64,000 bases of DNA from Octopus sinensis. Lineage: Eukaryota. Made by a program: the position numbers and the translations under genes. Below are positions 26,186-39,985 of the stretch, one piece after another (within the stretch, counting starts at the first letter, position 1; each line of letters starts with the position of its first letter). The stretch covers positions 88,908,001 to 88,972,000 of the forward strand of contig NC_043004.1 in assembly GCF_006345805.1 (NCBI RefSeq), in the 5' to 3' direction. The notes beneath the pieces were generated by a model. The model searched no databases. It was not told the DNA's origin and saw only the letters and a list, made by a program, of their open reading frames with translations.

Positions 26186-26470
26186 CATTCATCCATTTTC
26201 ACCGTCCATTGTTCCAGGAAGGGTCGTGGAGGATAGAATTCTCAGGAACCTCCTCCATCGGATCCTATCAGAAGCAACTATTATTATACTTTCCTTCTGA
26301 ATTCCCAAGCGTGACCAGCTGAGACTATGGATATCATCCAATCATCTCGGCTTTGGTCTACCGCTAGGTGTCTCTGTCAGCTGGCTCGTCTTGCAGAATC
26401 TGTCTTGGGATTCTTTTCTGCGACATTCACACCCAATGTCTGTAGTACCGGAACTGTGACCTCTCAATGA
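26186..26470 (-). mobile_element. 3'-end fragment of an RTE-clade LINE in the last intron
   Basis: IERSQFRYYRHWV*MSQKRIPRQIL, PSGRPKPR*LDDIHSLSWSRLGI and VASDRIRWRRFLRIL match the RTE C-terminus. It ends in a GATG-like tail. Confidence 0.65.
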
Positions 26471-27054
26471 AATTAATAATTCGTGGCACAGAATAATGTC
26501 TAAACTCCAAATGGAACGAGAGAATATTGAGTTGTGATATATTTGAGACGTAGATTAAATTCTAGAGACAGAGACAAAGTTGTTGTTTAGCAACGCTGTA
26601 AGCTACAATATAACAGTATAATAATGAGATAAAGCAATTATTAATTAACAATAAGATAGAGAGCTTACTATATCATATAGTGGAGACACATGTATGTTAA
26701 CCCCCATTTAACACAAGCACTGCTCTTAGTGTTATTTTCTCTAGACACAAAAAATCTTCCGCTTCAAGATATATTTTTAAGAAAATGTAATAGTACGATT
26801 AACCTGTTCTTTGAAATATAACTTTTCGTAGAATTGAAAGTAAAACTTTAACTATGAAGTTTCTTTTCTTTTTTCTTGTTTTTTCTCTTTTTTTTTACAA
26901 CAAAACGTGATTTATTCCAGTTTTTACATTTTCTTGAAAACACCAATGTTATGAATATCGAATGAAATGACATTCGTTCTAGATTTCATCTTTCAATATA
27001 ATTTTGCTTTTATTTTTCTCTCATTATTTTTACAAATTTTTTTTTTTTTTTCAG

Positions 27055-27318
27055 GAAATAACTGGCCGTGGTCGAAGTAACGGTGATCTTTGGGTAACTG
27101 ACAATGCTGCTTATGCGAATTCCCACCGAAGACCTTTGCGGTGTTTCTACAAAATGTGGGACTGTGTCACCGGAACTCGAAACTACAGTGGCAGAAGTCA
27201 CCCAAGAGGTAACCAACCAATGAACAGTGTGAGCCAGGTGGACAGAGTATTTAGAGTTGCCTTTCCCATAACATTTCTAATTTTCAATATGGTCTATTGG
27301 ATAGTTTATTGGGTGTGA
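27055..27318 (+). CDS. Terminal coding exon (end of intracellular loop and M4) of the same GABA receptor subunit
   Basis: Long poly-T tract and cAG ending at 27054; phase 0 matches the phase-0 donor at 25191. Translation EITGRGRSNG...NSVSQVDRVFRVAFPITFLIFNMVYWIVYWV* has the typical NSVS-x-(I/V)DR...FP...N..YW..Y pre-M4/M4 motif. Stop TGA at 27316-27318. Confidence 0.92.
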   Translation, partial: EITGRGRSNGDLWVTDNAAYANSHRRPLRCFYKMWDCVTGTRNYSGRSHPRGNQPMNSVSQVDRVFRVAFPITFLIFNMVYWIVYWV

Positions 27319-28560
27319 GTTGTAACAAACGCTTTATTTCACCTGATTATTTTTATATTATTTATTAATTGATTTATTTATTAATTAATTCATTCATTCT
27401 TTACTCTTCTCCTCCTCCTCTATTGGTTAGATGGTGTACTCTTAAATTTATAAAGATTACGAATGAAAATGTTCAGTGAAATCGAGAAATATGGCTTGTG
27501 GACAAAACTTAAAATATATCATTTTTTTGTTTAAATATTCCTTGTCGAAAAGTATCCACTCGATTTCATGAGGCGATATTTCCGCCCAGTAGATTTTGAA
27601 TAAGTCTACAAGTTTTTGAGATTTAATATTAAAAAGAAAAAAAAAAGAAACATGCGTCTCAACTACACAGAAATAAAACCGAATAACAATGGTTATACAC
27701 AAAATAAAACCAGTCTGCTGAAAATTCAGCAAATGAAAATGAAAATGAAATAATAGAGAGATTTTATTTCGAAGATTAATAATTAGAATAAACACAATCC
27801 GTTGCAAATATAGAATATAATATACGCTGCCTCATAAAGCACAAACTAATACAAACATACATACACGTAACAAGTAACATAATATTTTGGTATTATAAAC
27901 AAATAATTTCAGTCTTAATCAAATTTCCATGAACAAGAAATTAAAATCTATTTTTAAACTGCGAAGTGAGAAATCAACAATAACTGATGTATTACATAAT
28001 ATCAGTTAAACTTTTTTTCTTTCTGTTCCTCTAGTGTATATATGCTAACGTATGCTTCGGTATGCTTTCAAATTTGATATGTCTAGTTTTACCCGGTTAT
28101 GTCCTCTTTTTATGGACAGTACCTTTTTTTAAAAAAAAAACAACAGAATTTTAAAATATCCATGATCAATCTCATGTATTTGTTGAGCATTCATTTATAA
28201 AAAGAAAAATAATGGACGCCATTTTTACTTAACCTGCCTTGTCTGCTATTTTAAATGTTAAAAAAAACTGTCAGCTTAGTTCAGGTGTATTTAGTTCTCT
28301 ATCAGGAAAAGGGAAAGACGCTTTGCTATTTACTCCCTTCCTCCTTCATAGTATCAGTAAGGAGTTATTTCCATCCCAGTTGTCCTTTAACTACGCCTGA
28401 ACTGTTTTGTTAAGGCGGCTATTTTAGCAAATCCAAAATGGCAGACAAAAGAAGGTTGTGTTCAATAAAACATCAAAAGCGGAAATAAATGTTTCCATTT
28501 CGGTCCTTAAAGCATTGACCCGCAGCGAATGTTTGACTCGCATTATACTTTGTGTTCAAA
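27319..28560 (+). other. Probable 3' UTR of the GABA receptor gene (end not determined)
   Basis: AT-rich, repeat-poor sequence after the stop codon, with several AATAAA hexamers (about 27675, 27788, 28466, 28484). The actual poly(A) site is unknown. Confidence 0.4.
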
Positions 28561-28968
28561 CTTAAAAGATCTTTCTCTCTCTCCCTCTTTCTCTTTCTCC
28601 TCTCTCTCTCTCTCTCTCTCTCTCTTCGCCTATGTATATAATATATATTATATATATATATATATATAAATATAATATATATACATATGTTAGATTAGGC
28701 ACACACACACATATACATCGCTATTATATTTTTAGTATAATGGGTGATTTCACATGCATGGTGAGTAATCAAGCTAAACTTTTTCTAATCCAGTCTTCAG
28801 AAAGTGAAATTCCGTTACGATATATCCTTGGTTTATATTCTGATGGAGCTAACAAACCAAATACCGATCATATAGTGGTTATATCCTATCACCTCTATTC
28901 TATCATTTACAAACTATCCTTGTATTGAAACACAAATGAAATAACTATAATTGCTATTATTTTTATTT

Positions 28969-29012
<44 letters not shown>

Positions 29013-29431
29013 TTTATTTTTATTATTATTATTAAGGTGGCGAGCTGACAGAATCGTTAGCATTCCGGGCAAAATGCTGAGCAGCATATCGTCTGTCTTC
29101 ATGCTCTGAGTTCAAATTCCACTGTGGTCGACTTTTCCTTTCATCCTTTCGGGGTCGATAAATTAAGTACCAGTGAAACACTGGGGTCGATCTAATCGAT
29201 TATCTCCTCTCCAAAATAAGGGGCGAGCTGGCAGAATCGTTAGGACGCTAGACGAAATGCTTAGCGGTATATCGCCCGTCGCTACGTTCTGAGTTCAAAT
29301 TCCGCCGAGATCGACTTTGCCTTTCAGCCTTTCGAGGTCGATAAATTAAGTTCCAGTAAAATAGTGGGGTTGATGTGATCGACTACTCCCCTCCCCGCAA
29401 AATTTCGGGCCTTGTGCCTTTAGTAGAAAGG

Positions 29432-29494
<63 letters not shown>

Positions 29495-29971
29495 GAGTGA
29501 GAGAGCAGTGCATGCCATCAAAGTGACACTGGGGTAAAATATACGAAGCCCAATATAACCATCATGACTACCCGTCTGATAAGGGTACACCAGGCACAGG
29601 CATCACAACCATATGTGCGCGACATGGTGATCTCATATCAAGATAAACAGCACATGACCTTGCACGTGGGGCCCAGTTAGAATTTTCTTCAGGTTGAGTA
29701 GCCCATCCCGCTCAAATGGTCCCTGAATAAGGGTTGTTTAAGGATGTTGAAAAAACCACCCATGTTTCCAGAGGTGAATTATCCAAACCCCAAAGAATCC
29801 CTCTCAACACATGGCTATGATGCTCCTCCACTACTTCTGCTCATGATCAGAGATGCACATATCGTCAGCCACTAAGGGACATGCTCAACTGGTTAAGGTC
29901 AAACAACTGACAAGCAAATCTGTGGTATTGAGCAGAATATTTGCAGTAGCCCATTATTATTATTATTATTA

Positions 29972-30006
<35 letters not shown>

Positions 30007-30161
30007 GACGTTCAAATGCCGCCGAGGTCGATTTTGTCTTTCATCCTTTCGGGATCGATGATATAAGTACCAGTTAAGTACTGAGGGGGAGGGTCGATGT
30101 AATGACTAGTCCCCCCCTCTCAAAACGTCAGCCCTTGTGTCAATAGCAAAAAGAGTTATTA

Positions 30162-30217
<56 letters not shown>

Positions 30218-30376
30218 GTGTTCAACATTTGGTAGTTTCAGGCAAATTTCTTCTGCATCACCTGTTACACCTCCATATTGCAGCATTTTGTGTTCTTTTT
30301 TGTTGTTGGGTGCGTGCAAATTCTTCCTGGTGTTGTACTGCGTCAGTTTCTTTTATTATTATTATTATCATTATTA

Positions 30377-30417
<41 letters not shown>

Positions 30418-30428
30418 CATCATCATCA

Positions 30429-30459
<31 letters not shown>

Positions 30460-31174
30460 TATTATTATTTATAAGGTGTGGTGCAGTCTTTTTTGTTGTA
30501 TTAGTGTTTGTATTGTGTGTTGTGTGTATAATGCGTTGGTTACTTGGTCTGCCAGTGGTACTTTATTTCATTGAATATTTGCTGTATAGGATCTGTCTTG
30601 TGTTTGTGGATTTTGTTTAGGTTGTATTTTTGAATTGATAGTGTCATGCGTAGGATGTGGGTTGTTCCTAGCAGAGCTATTTTTTGGATTTGTGTAGTGT
30701 CGAGGATCCAGATATTATTATTATTATTTATCATCATCATCATCATCATTATTAGGACATGGGGTTGGGAGTATCGATAGAATGCTGGAAAAAAACTAGC
30801 GATATTTATCCCAGCTTTTTATATTTTGAATTGAAATCCTGCCAATTTCAACTTAGCCTTTTATCCCTCCGGGGTCGATAAAATATAGTACTAGTCAAGT
30901 ACCGGGGTTGATGCAAAGAGCTAAACCTGCTCACTTCAAAATTGCTCGCCTTGTGCTTAAATCGGAAATAATAAAAGGCAGAATCGTTAGAGCATGTGAC
31001 AAAATACTTAGCAGTATTTCTTCCGGTTGTTTTCATCCTGAGTTCAAATCACGCTGAATGAAATTGGTTGTGTACTTCTCAAGTTTTAGGCATTCACACA
31101 GACAGGCAGACAGACATTCTCAGTTTTATATATATAGATATACATCCATATATATACATCTGTATCTATACATC

Positions 31175-31225
<51 letters not shown>

Positions 31226-31289
31226 ATATATATATATATATATTATATATATATATAGATATATATATATATATTATATATATATATAC

Positions 31290-31730
31290 ATGTAAATTTA
31301 AATTTAAAATAATAAGGGTGAGAAATTGAATATTAATTTGATTAATATGAATTGAAAACCAGTGGTGTTGCAAATAAGACCGTAGCGGATCTTCTTCTAG
31401 CAAAATGGATGTCCACTGTTATGGTTCATCCCTCTTATATAATAATTTGACTTTAATAGTTTCAGAATTAAAGTGAAAGTATCCGACATTACAATAGAGA
31501 GATGTTTTTGTTTCACTTTTAACACGTAATACTGAAATAGTGGAGAAGATATGATATTGCTGTGGGCTCGCCCTAGGCAAGATGTTAAACATTTTTTTGC
31601 CCATGACACTACATGGACCCTAAGTAAGACATGTGTAAAATTTGAATGAAATCGGTTGTGTAGTTCTCAAGTTTTAGGGATTCACACAGACAGACAGACA
31701 CACACATTCCCATTTATATATATATAGATT
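31290..31730 (-). mobile_element. Non-autonomous Helitron-like element, copy A (copy B at 34316-34765; terminal fragment at 31055-31140)
   Basis: The minus strand begins TCTATATATATATAAATGGGAATGTGTGTGTCTGTCTGTCTG, a Helitron-like 5' end. The two copies are about 97% identical by eye. The class assignment is an inference. Confidence 0.45.
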
Positions 31731-31755
31731 ACTATCGTTGTTATTATTATTATTA

Positions 31756-31816
<61 letters not shown>

Positions 31817-33317
31817 CATCATTACTAGAAAGTTTTACAAATCTTTACAGTTCCAGTGATAGATTGGATCTGTAGTCCTCGAATTAGCATTCTCCTTTCT
31901 GGTTTTGAGAAGCCTAATCATGTATATGTGTACGTACGACTTTGCCTTTCATCCTTTCGGGGTCGACTAAATAAGTACCAGTTATGCACTGGGGTCGATA
32001 TAATTGACTTAATCCCTTTGTCTGTCCTTGTTTGTCCTCTCTGAGTTTAGCCCCTTGCGGGTAGTAAAGAAATAGGTATTTCGCCTGTCTTTGCGTTCTG
32101 AGTTCAAATTCCGCCGAGGTCGACTTTACCTTTCATCCTTTCGGGGTCGATAAATCAAGTACCAGTTGCGTAATGCAGTCGATCTAATCAACTGGCTCCC
32201 TCCCCAAACATTTCGGGCCTTGTGCCCAGAGTAGAAAAGAATATTGTGCATTTTGGTTTCTTAAAAAAACTTTAGTTATAAGATCCAAAATTTAGTGCTC
32301 TGTAAAAGAGAAAATTTTGTATTATATATTTTAGACACTATAGTTAATACAGAAGTACAGGATAAGGTGGCCTTACGTATTCTTGCAGATGTAGGCGAGA
32401 CATGTGCATGCGCAATATCATAGTACCATTTTTTTCATTGAAATTCCTCTCAACGTAAATTTAAAATGTCCAACGAGTTTCAAAGATAAAATGAACGATC
32501 GAATATTATAAAGAGTGAAGTCTATAACCTTTTTAATCAATATTAAGGTAGGTTTGACACACTACGCTAGTGAAAAATAAAAATGAGAGGTAACAAATAA
32601 AAGAGCAGCTGTCTTGTGATTAAGGTGTTGCAATCACAACTGCTGAATCGCGATCTCGGTTCTTGGACTGAGTGGTATGTTGCTGCGGTCCACTCATCTG
32701 TAAATAAGTAACGCTATAAGGGACTGGCGTCCAGTTTAGCGGAATGTGATTTCGGTCACTTATATGCCATAGAAACCGGTTAAACGGATCTTGTGAGTCT
32801 TGAGACACGAAATAGTAATAACCAAGGGTTGGCGACTACGACCACGACGACGACGAGGATGACAACGACGATGATGATGATGATGTATCTTTTAACAAAA
32901 CCTTTGTCTTTATGAAACCTAAACCAGGAGAATTTTAGAGCTTCTTCACAGTTATTTGTATGTGTGTGTGTGTGAGTATGCATGTATGTGTGTGTGTGAG
33001 TATGCATGTATGTGTGTGTGTGAGTATGCATGTATGTGTGTGTGTGTGCGTGCTGGGGGGTGGCGGTGGATTATATTATATCTTATAAACAATAACATCG
33101 TCGGTTCCTCGTTTCCAATAGGCCAATCCTCTCGATTTCTGACAGCGAAAGAGACAAGGGATCGCAAGTACAATTCGGTGTGGAACAAAATACCTCACAG
33201 GATATTTTTATTTGAAAACACTGATTTTCCCAGTTTTCTCATCATCAAAAATTATATAAATATGTGTGTGTGTGTGTAAGCACCTGTATACGCCAGCTCG
33301 TAGCAGAGGTAAGAGGG

Positions 33318-33595
33318 TATATGTATCAAATGAAATCAAAAACAGAACACAAAGGATGTCGCGGTAATCGTGTTTCAAGCTTTATATCATTATGAGTAAT
33401 ACCAAATGTACCTTTCGGATTTTTCATAATGTGATGTAAATCTTTGGTATAACAATTGCATGCGGCTGAAGAGAGCTTTAAACCATCCTTTATGTCGATT
33501 ATACACTGATGTAAGAATAGGTCGTTTATAAAGCTTGAAACACGTGTACCGCGACATCCTTTGTGTTCTGTTTTTGATTTCATTTGATACATATA
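33318..33595. repeat. Inverted repeat, 69-bp arms (33318-33386 and 33527-33595)
   Basis: The arms differ at 2 positions. The right arm overlaps the 3' half of the HHR at 33462-33552. Confidence 0.85.
33462..33552 (+). ncRNA. Type I hammerhead motif, GUA site
   Basis: GCGG CTGAAGA GAGCTTTA...TAAAGCTT GAAA CACGTGT A CCGC. Stem I is 4 perfect bp; stem II is 8 bp with G.U at the base; stem III ACACGTGT is palindromic. Confidence 0.78.
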
Positions 33596-33717
33596 TATAT
33601 ATGTTGTGCGTGTGTGTAGAGAGAGTTCACGAAGAAAACAAAAGACGAAGACAGGTGGTGTAACACATATATACATACGTACATATATACGTATATACAG
33701 AGAGAGAGTGGGAGGAT

Positions 33718-33965
33718 CAATAATTATAACGATATAGAATATGGAGACTTGTTCATTCTCAAAATATATTTCCAATGGACAAACCCTGAACGAAGCTGCA
33801 TAGAAAATTATGCCCGGTTGCATGTGCAACCGCCTGTACTCCGTGTAATGGAAACACGTGTAGGTCGTGACAACCATAAAAATATGCTGCATGAAATTGT
33901 AAAATAAAAGGAAATAACTTTTGAAGATGAACAAGTCTCCATATTCTATATCGTTATAATTATTG
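33718..33965. repeat. Inverted repeat with 39-bp perfect arms enclosing a degenerate HHR-like motif (33783-33865)
   Basis: caataattataacgatatagaatatggagacttgttcat and its reverse complement at 33927-33965. The spacer has CTGAACGA...GAAACACGTGTAGGT. Confidence 0.8.
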
Positions 33966-34793
33966 CTAATGTACACTCCAGATAATATCACCATCCAGAG
34001 AAGCGAACACGGAATAACCCATCGGATGAATTTACAGCGTGAGTGACAACTAATACTAGTCATAGACGTTAAATACTAATCGATGCGATTAGCCGTAACC
34101 TGGAACATAGCTGAGAGCCACCTCTCGGTATCCGCCCTGATAATATATCCTTCCAAACTCACATTAATACATACATACATACATACATACATACATACAA
34201 TACAATACATACACACATACATACACACATACATACATACATACATGCATGCATACATACATGCATACATACATCATACATACATGCATACATTCATACA
34301 TATATATATATATACATGTAAATTTAAATTTAAAATAATAAGGATGAGAAATTGAATATTAATTTGATTAATATGAATTGAAAACCAGTGGTGTAGCAAA
34401 TAAGACCATAGCGGATCTTCTTCTAGCAAAATGGATGTCCACTGCTATGGTTCATCCCCCTTATATAATAGTTTGACTTTAATAGTTTCAGAATTAAAGT
34501 GAAAGTATCCGACATTACAATAGAGAGATGTTTTTGTTTCACTTTTAACACGTAATACTGAAATAGTGGAGAAGATATGATATTGCTATGGGCTCGCCCT
34601 AGGCAAGATGTTAAACATTTTTTTGCCCATGACACTACATGGACCTTAAGTAAGACATGTGTAAAATTTGAATGAAATTGGTTGTGTAGTTCTCAAGTTT
34701 TAGGGATTCACACAGACAGACAGACACACACACACACACACATTCCCATTTATATATATATATAGATTACTATCGTTGTTATTATTATTATTA

Positions 34794-34827
<34 letters not shown>

Positions 34828-35822
34828 CATTACTGGAAAGTTTTACAGATCTTTACAGTTCCAGTGATAGATTGAATCTGTAGTCCTACATGCATACATA
34901 CATACATACATACATACAATACATACATACATACGTACATACATACATACAATACATACATACATACATACATACATACATACATACATACATACATGCA
35001 CACATACATACATACATACATACATACATACATACATACATACATACATACATACATACATACATACATACATACATACATACATACATACATGCACACA
35101 TACGCAAGCAAAATAGTCTACACACACTATATGTACAAATGCATACATATATAAACAAATATTATAAAGAATATTACAAGAAATAGAAAGCAGACATTTT
35201 GACTTTTGTTTCATCCGTTGTTAAACAAAATAATGCGTTTGAGAATCAGAACCTCATCACAGACTCGGTTTGCCCCGAGCATTATGTGACCATTTGATCT
35301 TACTAATAATAGCAGCCGTATCTTTCACACGTCACATCCAACCACAGTAAAACAGGAAGGACAGATTGGATGATTCAATCCTAAATTTACATTCCTTAGC
35401 AAAAAAGCGAGGGTGCCTGGCCTTTGTGGTTGGACCTCGGTGGAATTTGAACTCAGAATGTAAAGGACCGGAACAAATACTGCAAAGATCGAGTGAGTGG
35501 TGCGTTGTGTTCTTGAGCTCTAGTTCGCTCGGTAGTCAACAGGTAAACTTGTGACGGATTGGTGAACAAGAGTGAGATGGTGGCTCAGAAAAATCTCTCG
35601 GACAGAGGTCTCGCGAGCCACGTATTTTTTATTCGGCAATCGAAAGGACGAATAGTACAACCCGTGTTGTGAATCTCGACTGGTTAGGATTGGTTGTTCA
35701 ACCATATCGACAGTTCATCAGTCATCGTCACACAAAAGAATGTGTTACGCTTACAACTTGATTGGCTTCAATATTAGACTTGCTAGAACCAGACTGACCT
35801 AGGAACAGACAACAGCAACAGC

Positions 35823-36140
35823 GGAGGCGCAATGGCCCAGTAGTTAGGGCAGCGGACTCGCGGTCGTAAGAACACGGTTTCGATTCCCAGACCGGGCATT
35901 GTGAATGTTTATTGAGCAAAAACACCTGAGCTCCACGAGGCTCTGGCGGGGGTTGGTGGCGACCCCTATTGTACTCTTTCGCCCCAACTTTCTCTCACTC
36001 TTTCTTCCTGTTTCTTGAGTAACGCTGCAATGGACTGGCGTCCCGTCAAGCTGGGGGAACACATACCCCATAGAAACCAGGAAACTGGACTCCGCTGTAC
36101 TCTTTCACCACAACTTTCTCTCACTCTTTCTTCCTACTTC
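35823..36140 (+). mobile_element. tRNA-derived SINE family 4
   Basis: Head GAGGCGCAATGGCCCAGTAGTTAGGGCAGCGG...GGTTTCGATTCCC with A/B-box-like motifs. Minus-strand copies at 50180-50562, 61717-62003 and 32620-32790 (partial). Confidence 0.8.
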
Positions 36141-36515
36141 TGCCACAAAGTAGAGGAACCATGGTGTAACTCACTATGGTGTGGTAAACTTTCAGACCCT
36201 AGTCTAGATTGCAAATCCTCTTACCCCCAGGATGGTTCAGCTCTCCACCCGTTAAAAGCCACCAAAGGAAGAGAACGGATATGAAAAGAAAAAGGCTAAA
36301 TATGTAATTGTTAATTCCATCGAAAGAGCATTGCTTCAGCCATGACAAAGGCTCTTATGAAGTTTTTAATTCATAAGATATTTAATGTATAATCCTTAGC
36401 ACGACAAAATATATTTTGTTTCGCCTACGGCTCTTTCGGAATTGGGGTTTTGATAGGTATGTATGTATGTGTGTGTATGCGTGTATGTGTACGTGCGTGT
36501 GCGTGTATGTGTGCG

Positions 36516-36547
<32 letters not shown>

Positions 36548-36898
36548 CATACATACATACATACTTACATACATGCATATTGTTGACGTCATAATAATTT
36601 ATAAACTTTCGGGAGAATGCAAAATAATTCTTTCATCGAACAGTGAACCTCGAAGCACATAGAGTTGTAAATAATATATAAATATAGGGTTGAAAATTCT
36701 TTTTGGATAAAAAAAACGCTAAAAGCTGCCCATGAGTCTCAAACCCACACGCATCCTTCCACTTTCTATTCAAAAGGGTTTTTATATACTTTATGCGCTT
36801 CGAGATCTACTGTTCCTCAAAATAATTACATATATATTAGAGAAATCTGTAGATATTATATGTATCATATATATAATATGTGTGTGTGTGGTGGTATA

Positions 36899-36936
<38 letters not shown>

Positions 36937-36951
36937 TATGTGTGTGGTGTG

Positions 36952-36982
<31 letters not shown>

Positions 36983-37436
36983 TGTGTGTGTGTGTGTGTG
37001 TATTAATAAATAAAACATATGCCTATATATATTACATATATGTACGTACCACCTACTCTACATGTTATATACACGCATATATGAGTACAGGATACCTAAA
37101 AAACGTCGAACACAATGAGAAACGAAAACATAGACACAAACCCAAGGAACTGGACACTTTTTTTAAACAACAAAAAAATAGAGTACAGGACAAATAACAC
37201 AAAGAAAAAACCCCTTCTTCAGTCGCCATGGTTTCATCTACTCTACGTTTCGAAGGTGAAGGCGAGACATATCTTCGATAAGAAACTTTCCTTCCTGCGA
37301 AAAGCAAATCAAATAAAATTTGAGATCTTTTTGCAGAGGGGTAAAAATGGTAATAAAACCAGGACAGTAACGACAGTACAAAATATAAGCAGTAAAAGAC
37401 AGGACAAGGAAAGGGTGCGTATACATATATATAATG

Positions 37437-37470
<34 letters not shown>

Positions 37471-39945
37471 TATACATGTATATATATAATATGTATATAT
37501 GTATTATGTATGTTTGTATGTATGTATGTATGTATGTATGTATATGCGTGTGTGTTGATTCATTCTATTATTTGATGGAGTTTCTTGCCGTGAGCCATCA
37601 TTCAGGCGACAAAATATTGAGTCATTTTGTCGCCTGAAGAACTACGATATAACATGAAACTCTGAGTAGTTACAGTGAATCATCAACTTCAGAGCATGTG
37701 TGTTGTAGATGCAGACACACACACACACACTCACACACGCACACGCACGCAGGCACGCACGCAAATACTCATAGGCAAATACACGCACAAATACAATGGA
37801 AGCTGCTTATTGTAACTACCCATGCTGTTATCAAAATTATACGCTTAATCTTACCAGACGTTGTTATCGAAAAAGCTTCATCCCATATTAATCAGGATAA
37901 ACAATTATTACTGCTGTGCATGTTTTAGCACAAAAGCTGGCCAAACACGAAGAACAATAAAGAGTACTAAATACAAAATGTAGAATTATTATATTATATT
38001 CATTCCAATAAATATAATATAATAATTCTACGCAAAAAGGAAAAAAACCTGCACTAATTACTAATCAGAATTTCTTTCTTGTGATCTTCAGACGAAATCC
38101 GAAGATTGGAAATGAAAAATAATTAATGAAGTTTTCAGTTTCCAATAATTATTGCTATGGTGTGTGTGTGTATGTGTTTATATGTGTGTGAGTGGATATG
38201 CTTTTGTATAATATATATAATCTGTGTGTGTGAGTGTGTGTGTGTGTGTGTGGTTTTTGTCTATGACGGGGAAATTCAGTACCTTGCTACAATGTAAGTA
38301 AATCAATTGTAATTATATCTACCCTGGCGAGATGAAGTACATATTAACTTTGACAGTATTTGACAGTATTAACTGTGACAGCATTTGCCCTCAGAAATAT
38401 AAGCGGCATATAAAAGGATGCGTAGAGAATGAAACAGTTATTAATATATATGAATATGATTAATTAACATTGTATCATAATCTTTAAGACCTTCAGGAAC
38501 CAGAAAGATATCAGTGTGATAAAAAGAGAACAATAAATACGATGATTTTATATTTAAAAAAAAAAATGGCTCCCTGCTTTCATCTTATACTGATTTCTTA
38601 AACCTTCAACACAAACCACTAAATCAGGGGTCGGCAAAGTGGTCGATGTTGATTTCTGGTGGTGGTGGTGGGGTCTATGAGGCTATGCAAGGGGTTAATA
38701 AACACCTGAAACGATTCTGAGCATTAAAGGTGCTGAATTGATAGCGAAATGCGTCACAGCAATTTCGTTAAGTATTTTCATTAAATTTCTCCCTTTTTTT
38801 TTATTAAAAAGTGGTAACTACACAGAAGAAAAAAAAGCCTAAAGGAATTATTGTTTTAAATAAGAATTTTTTTTATTAATTATACTTTTTAATTTTATTT
38901 CTGCAATTTACATGATGGGGGTCAATAACCAAGCAATGAATCATGAAAGAGTCAATCCATATAAAGTGTTTGCCGACCTCTACGATAAACTTTTAAAGCT
39001 TACTTTATGTGAACTTGTTTGTAAATAGATCTTTCGTCATCCCTTAATTCATTGTTATTTTTCTTGGTAGCTATACTATTAAACTCTGCAAATTCCTTCC
39101 TTATACCCTCTCTGCCTTTAAAACTTCTTTGTCTTTTATACTCTCTTCTCCCACCCCTTAAACTTTATGCTTATTTCTGTTCATCATAATTTTCATTATT
39201 CATTAGTTGAATCTGCCAAACAAACAAAACGCATATTTTTTCACACATTTTTCCTCCAAACTATTCGTAAATCATATCAGTTTAGCCTTCCGTTTACTCC
39301 ATTTGTAAAAAAAAAATGTTAAACAAATTTAGAGGTCAATGAAACTAGAGAGATTTTTAAGGCAATGGATAATTATTTTCTTATATAGGCCTGAAATTTG
39401 AACTGGTACTTTATTTTATTGATCTCCGGAAGGATGAAAGGAAAAGTTGTCCTCAGCAGGATTTATTACAGAACGTAAATAAAAGGAACGTTTTTGCTTA
39501 GCTGCATTGGCGCCACCTGTTTGGTGATGCTGATTCGATGCAGAAGAAACAAGAAACATCAGAATTGTATTAAAAGGACAATGCTTACGTGACATTCATG
39601 CCTTTCCAGAAGACATTAGAAGCATAATATCGGGAGGAGGAGAAACAATCGATACCCTGGTATAAACAATAGAGATGTCTTACCGGTGCTTATTTAATTG
39701 GCCCTGGGTAGATAGGAGACAAGGAAGACCTGTGTGCAACTTTAATTCAGAACTTGTTTCAGTCATTAGACTGTGGCCATGCTGGAGTACCGCCTTGAAG
39801 AATTTTTAGTCAAATGGATCGCACCCAGGACTTTATTTTAAGCCTGGTAGTTATCTTATCAGTTTCTTTTGTCGAACCGCTAAATTACGGGCTCATATAG
39901 TGGGCGACGAACACAGATACACACACACACATATATAAGCCTGTC

Positions 39946-39985
<40 letters not shown>

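Larger units (their letters stand above)
25191..27054 (+). other. Last intron of the GABA receptor gene (GT-AG, phase 0)
   Basis: GTAAGT...TTTTTTTCAG joins the two exons in frame. It contains a (TATG)n tract and an RTE fragment. An additional small internal exon cannot be excluded. Confidence 0.8.

Noticed and set aside
31397-31609. Near-identical ORF MSWAKKCLTSCLGRAHSN... also at 34423-34635
   Set aside because: It comes from the duplicated repeat element and has no recognisable domain or splice context.
33326-34063. 245-aa minus-strand ORF
   Set aside because: It runs across inverted repeats, HHR-bearing elements and an AT tract, with no recognisable motif; likely a chance ORF.
35823-35900. 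tRNA-like sequences at SINE heads
   Set aside because: They lack complete cloverleaves and continue into SINE bodies, so they are not tRNA genes.
36790-36825. TTGAGGA...CTC GAAGCGCA (minus strand), HHR-like
   Set aside because: Several core mismatches and no convincing stem II.
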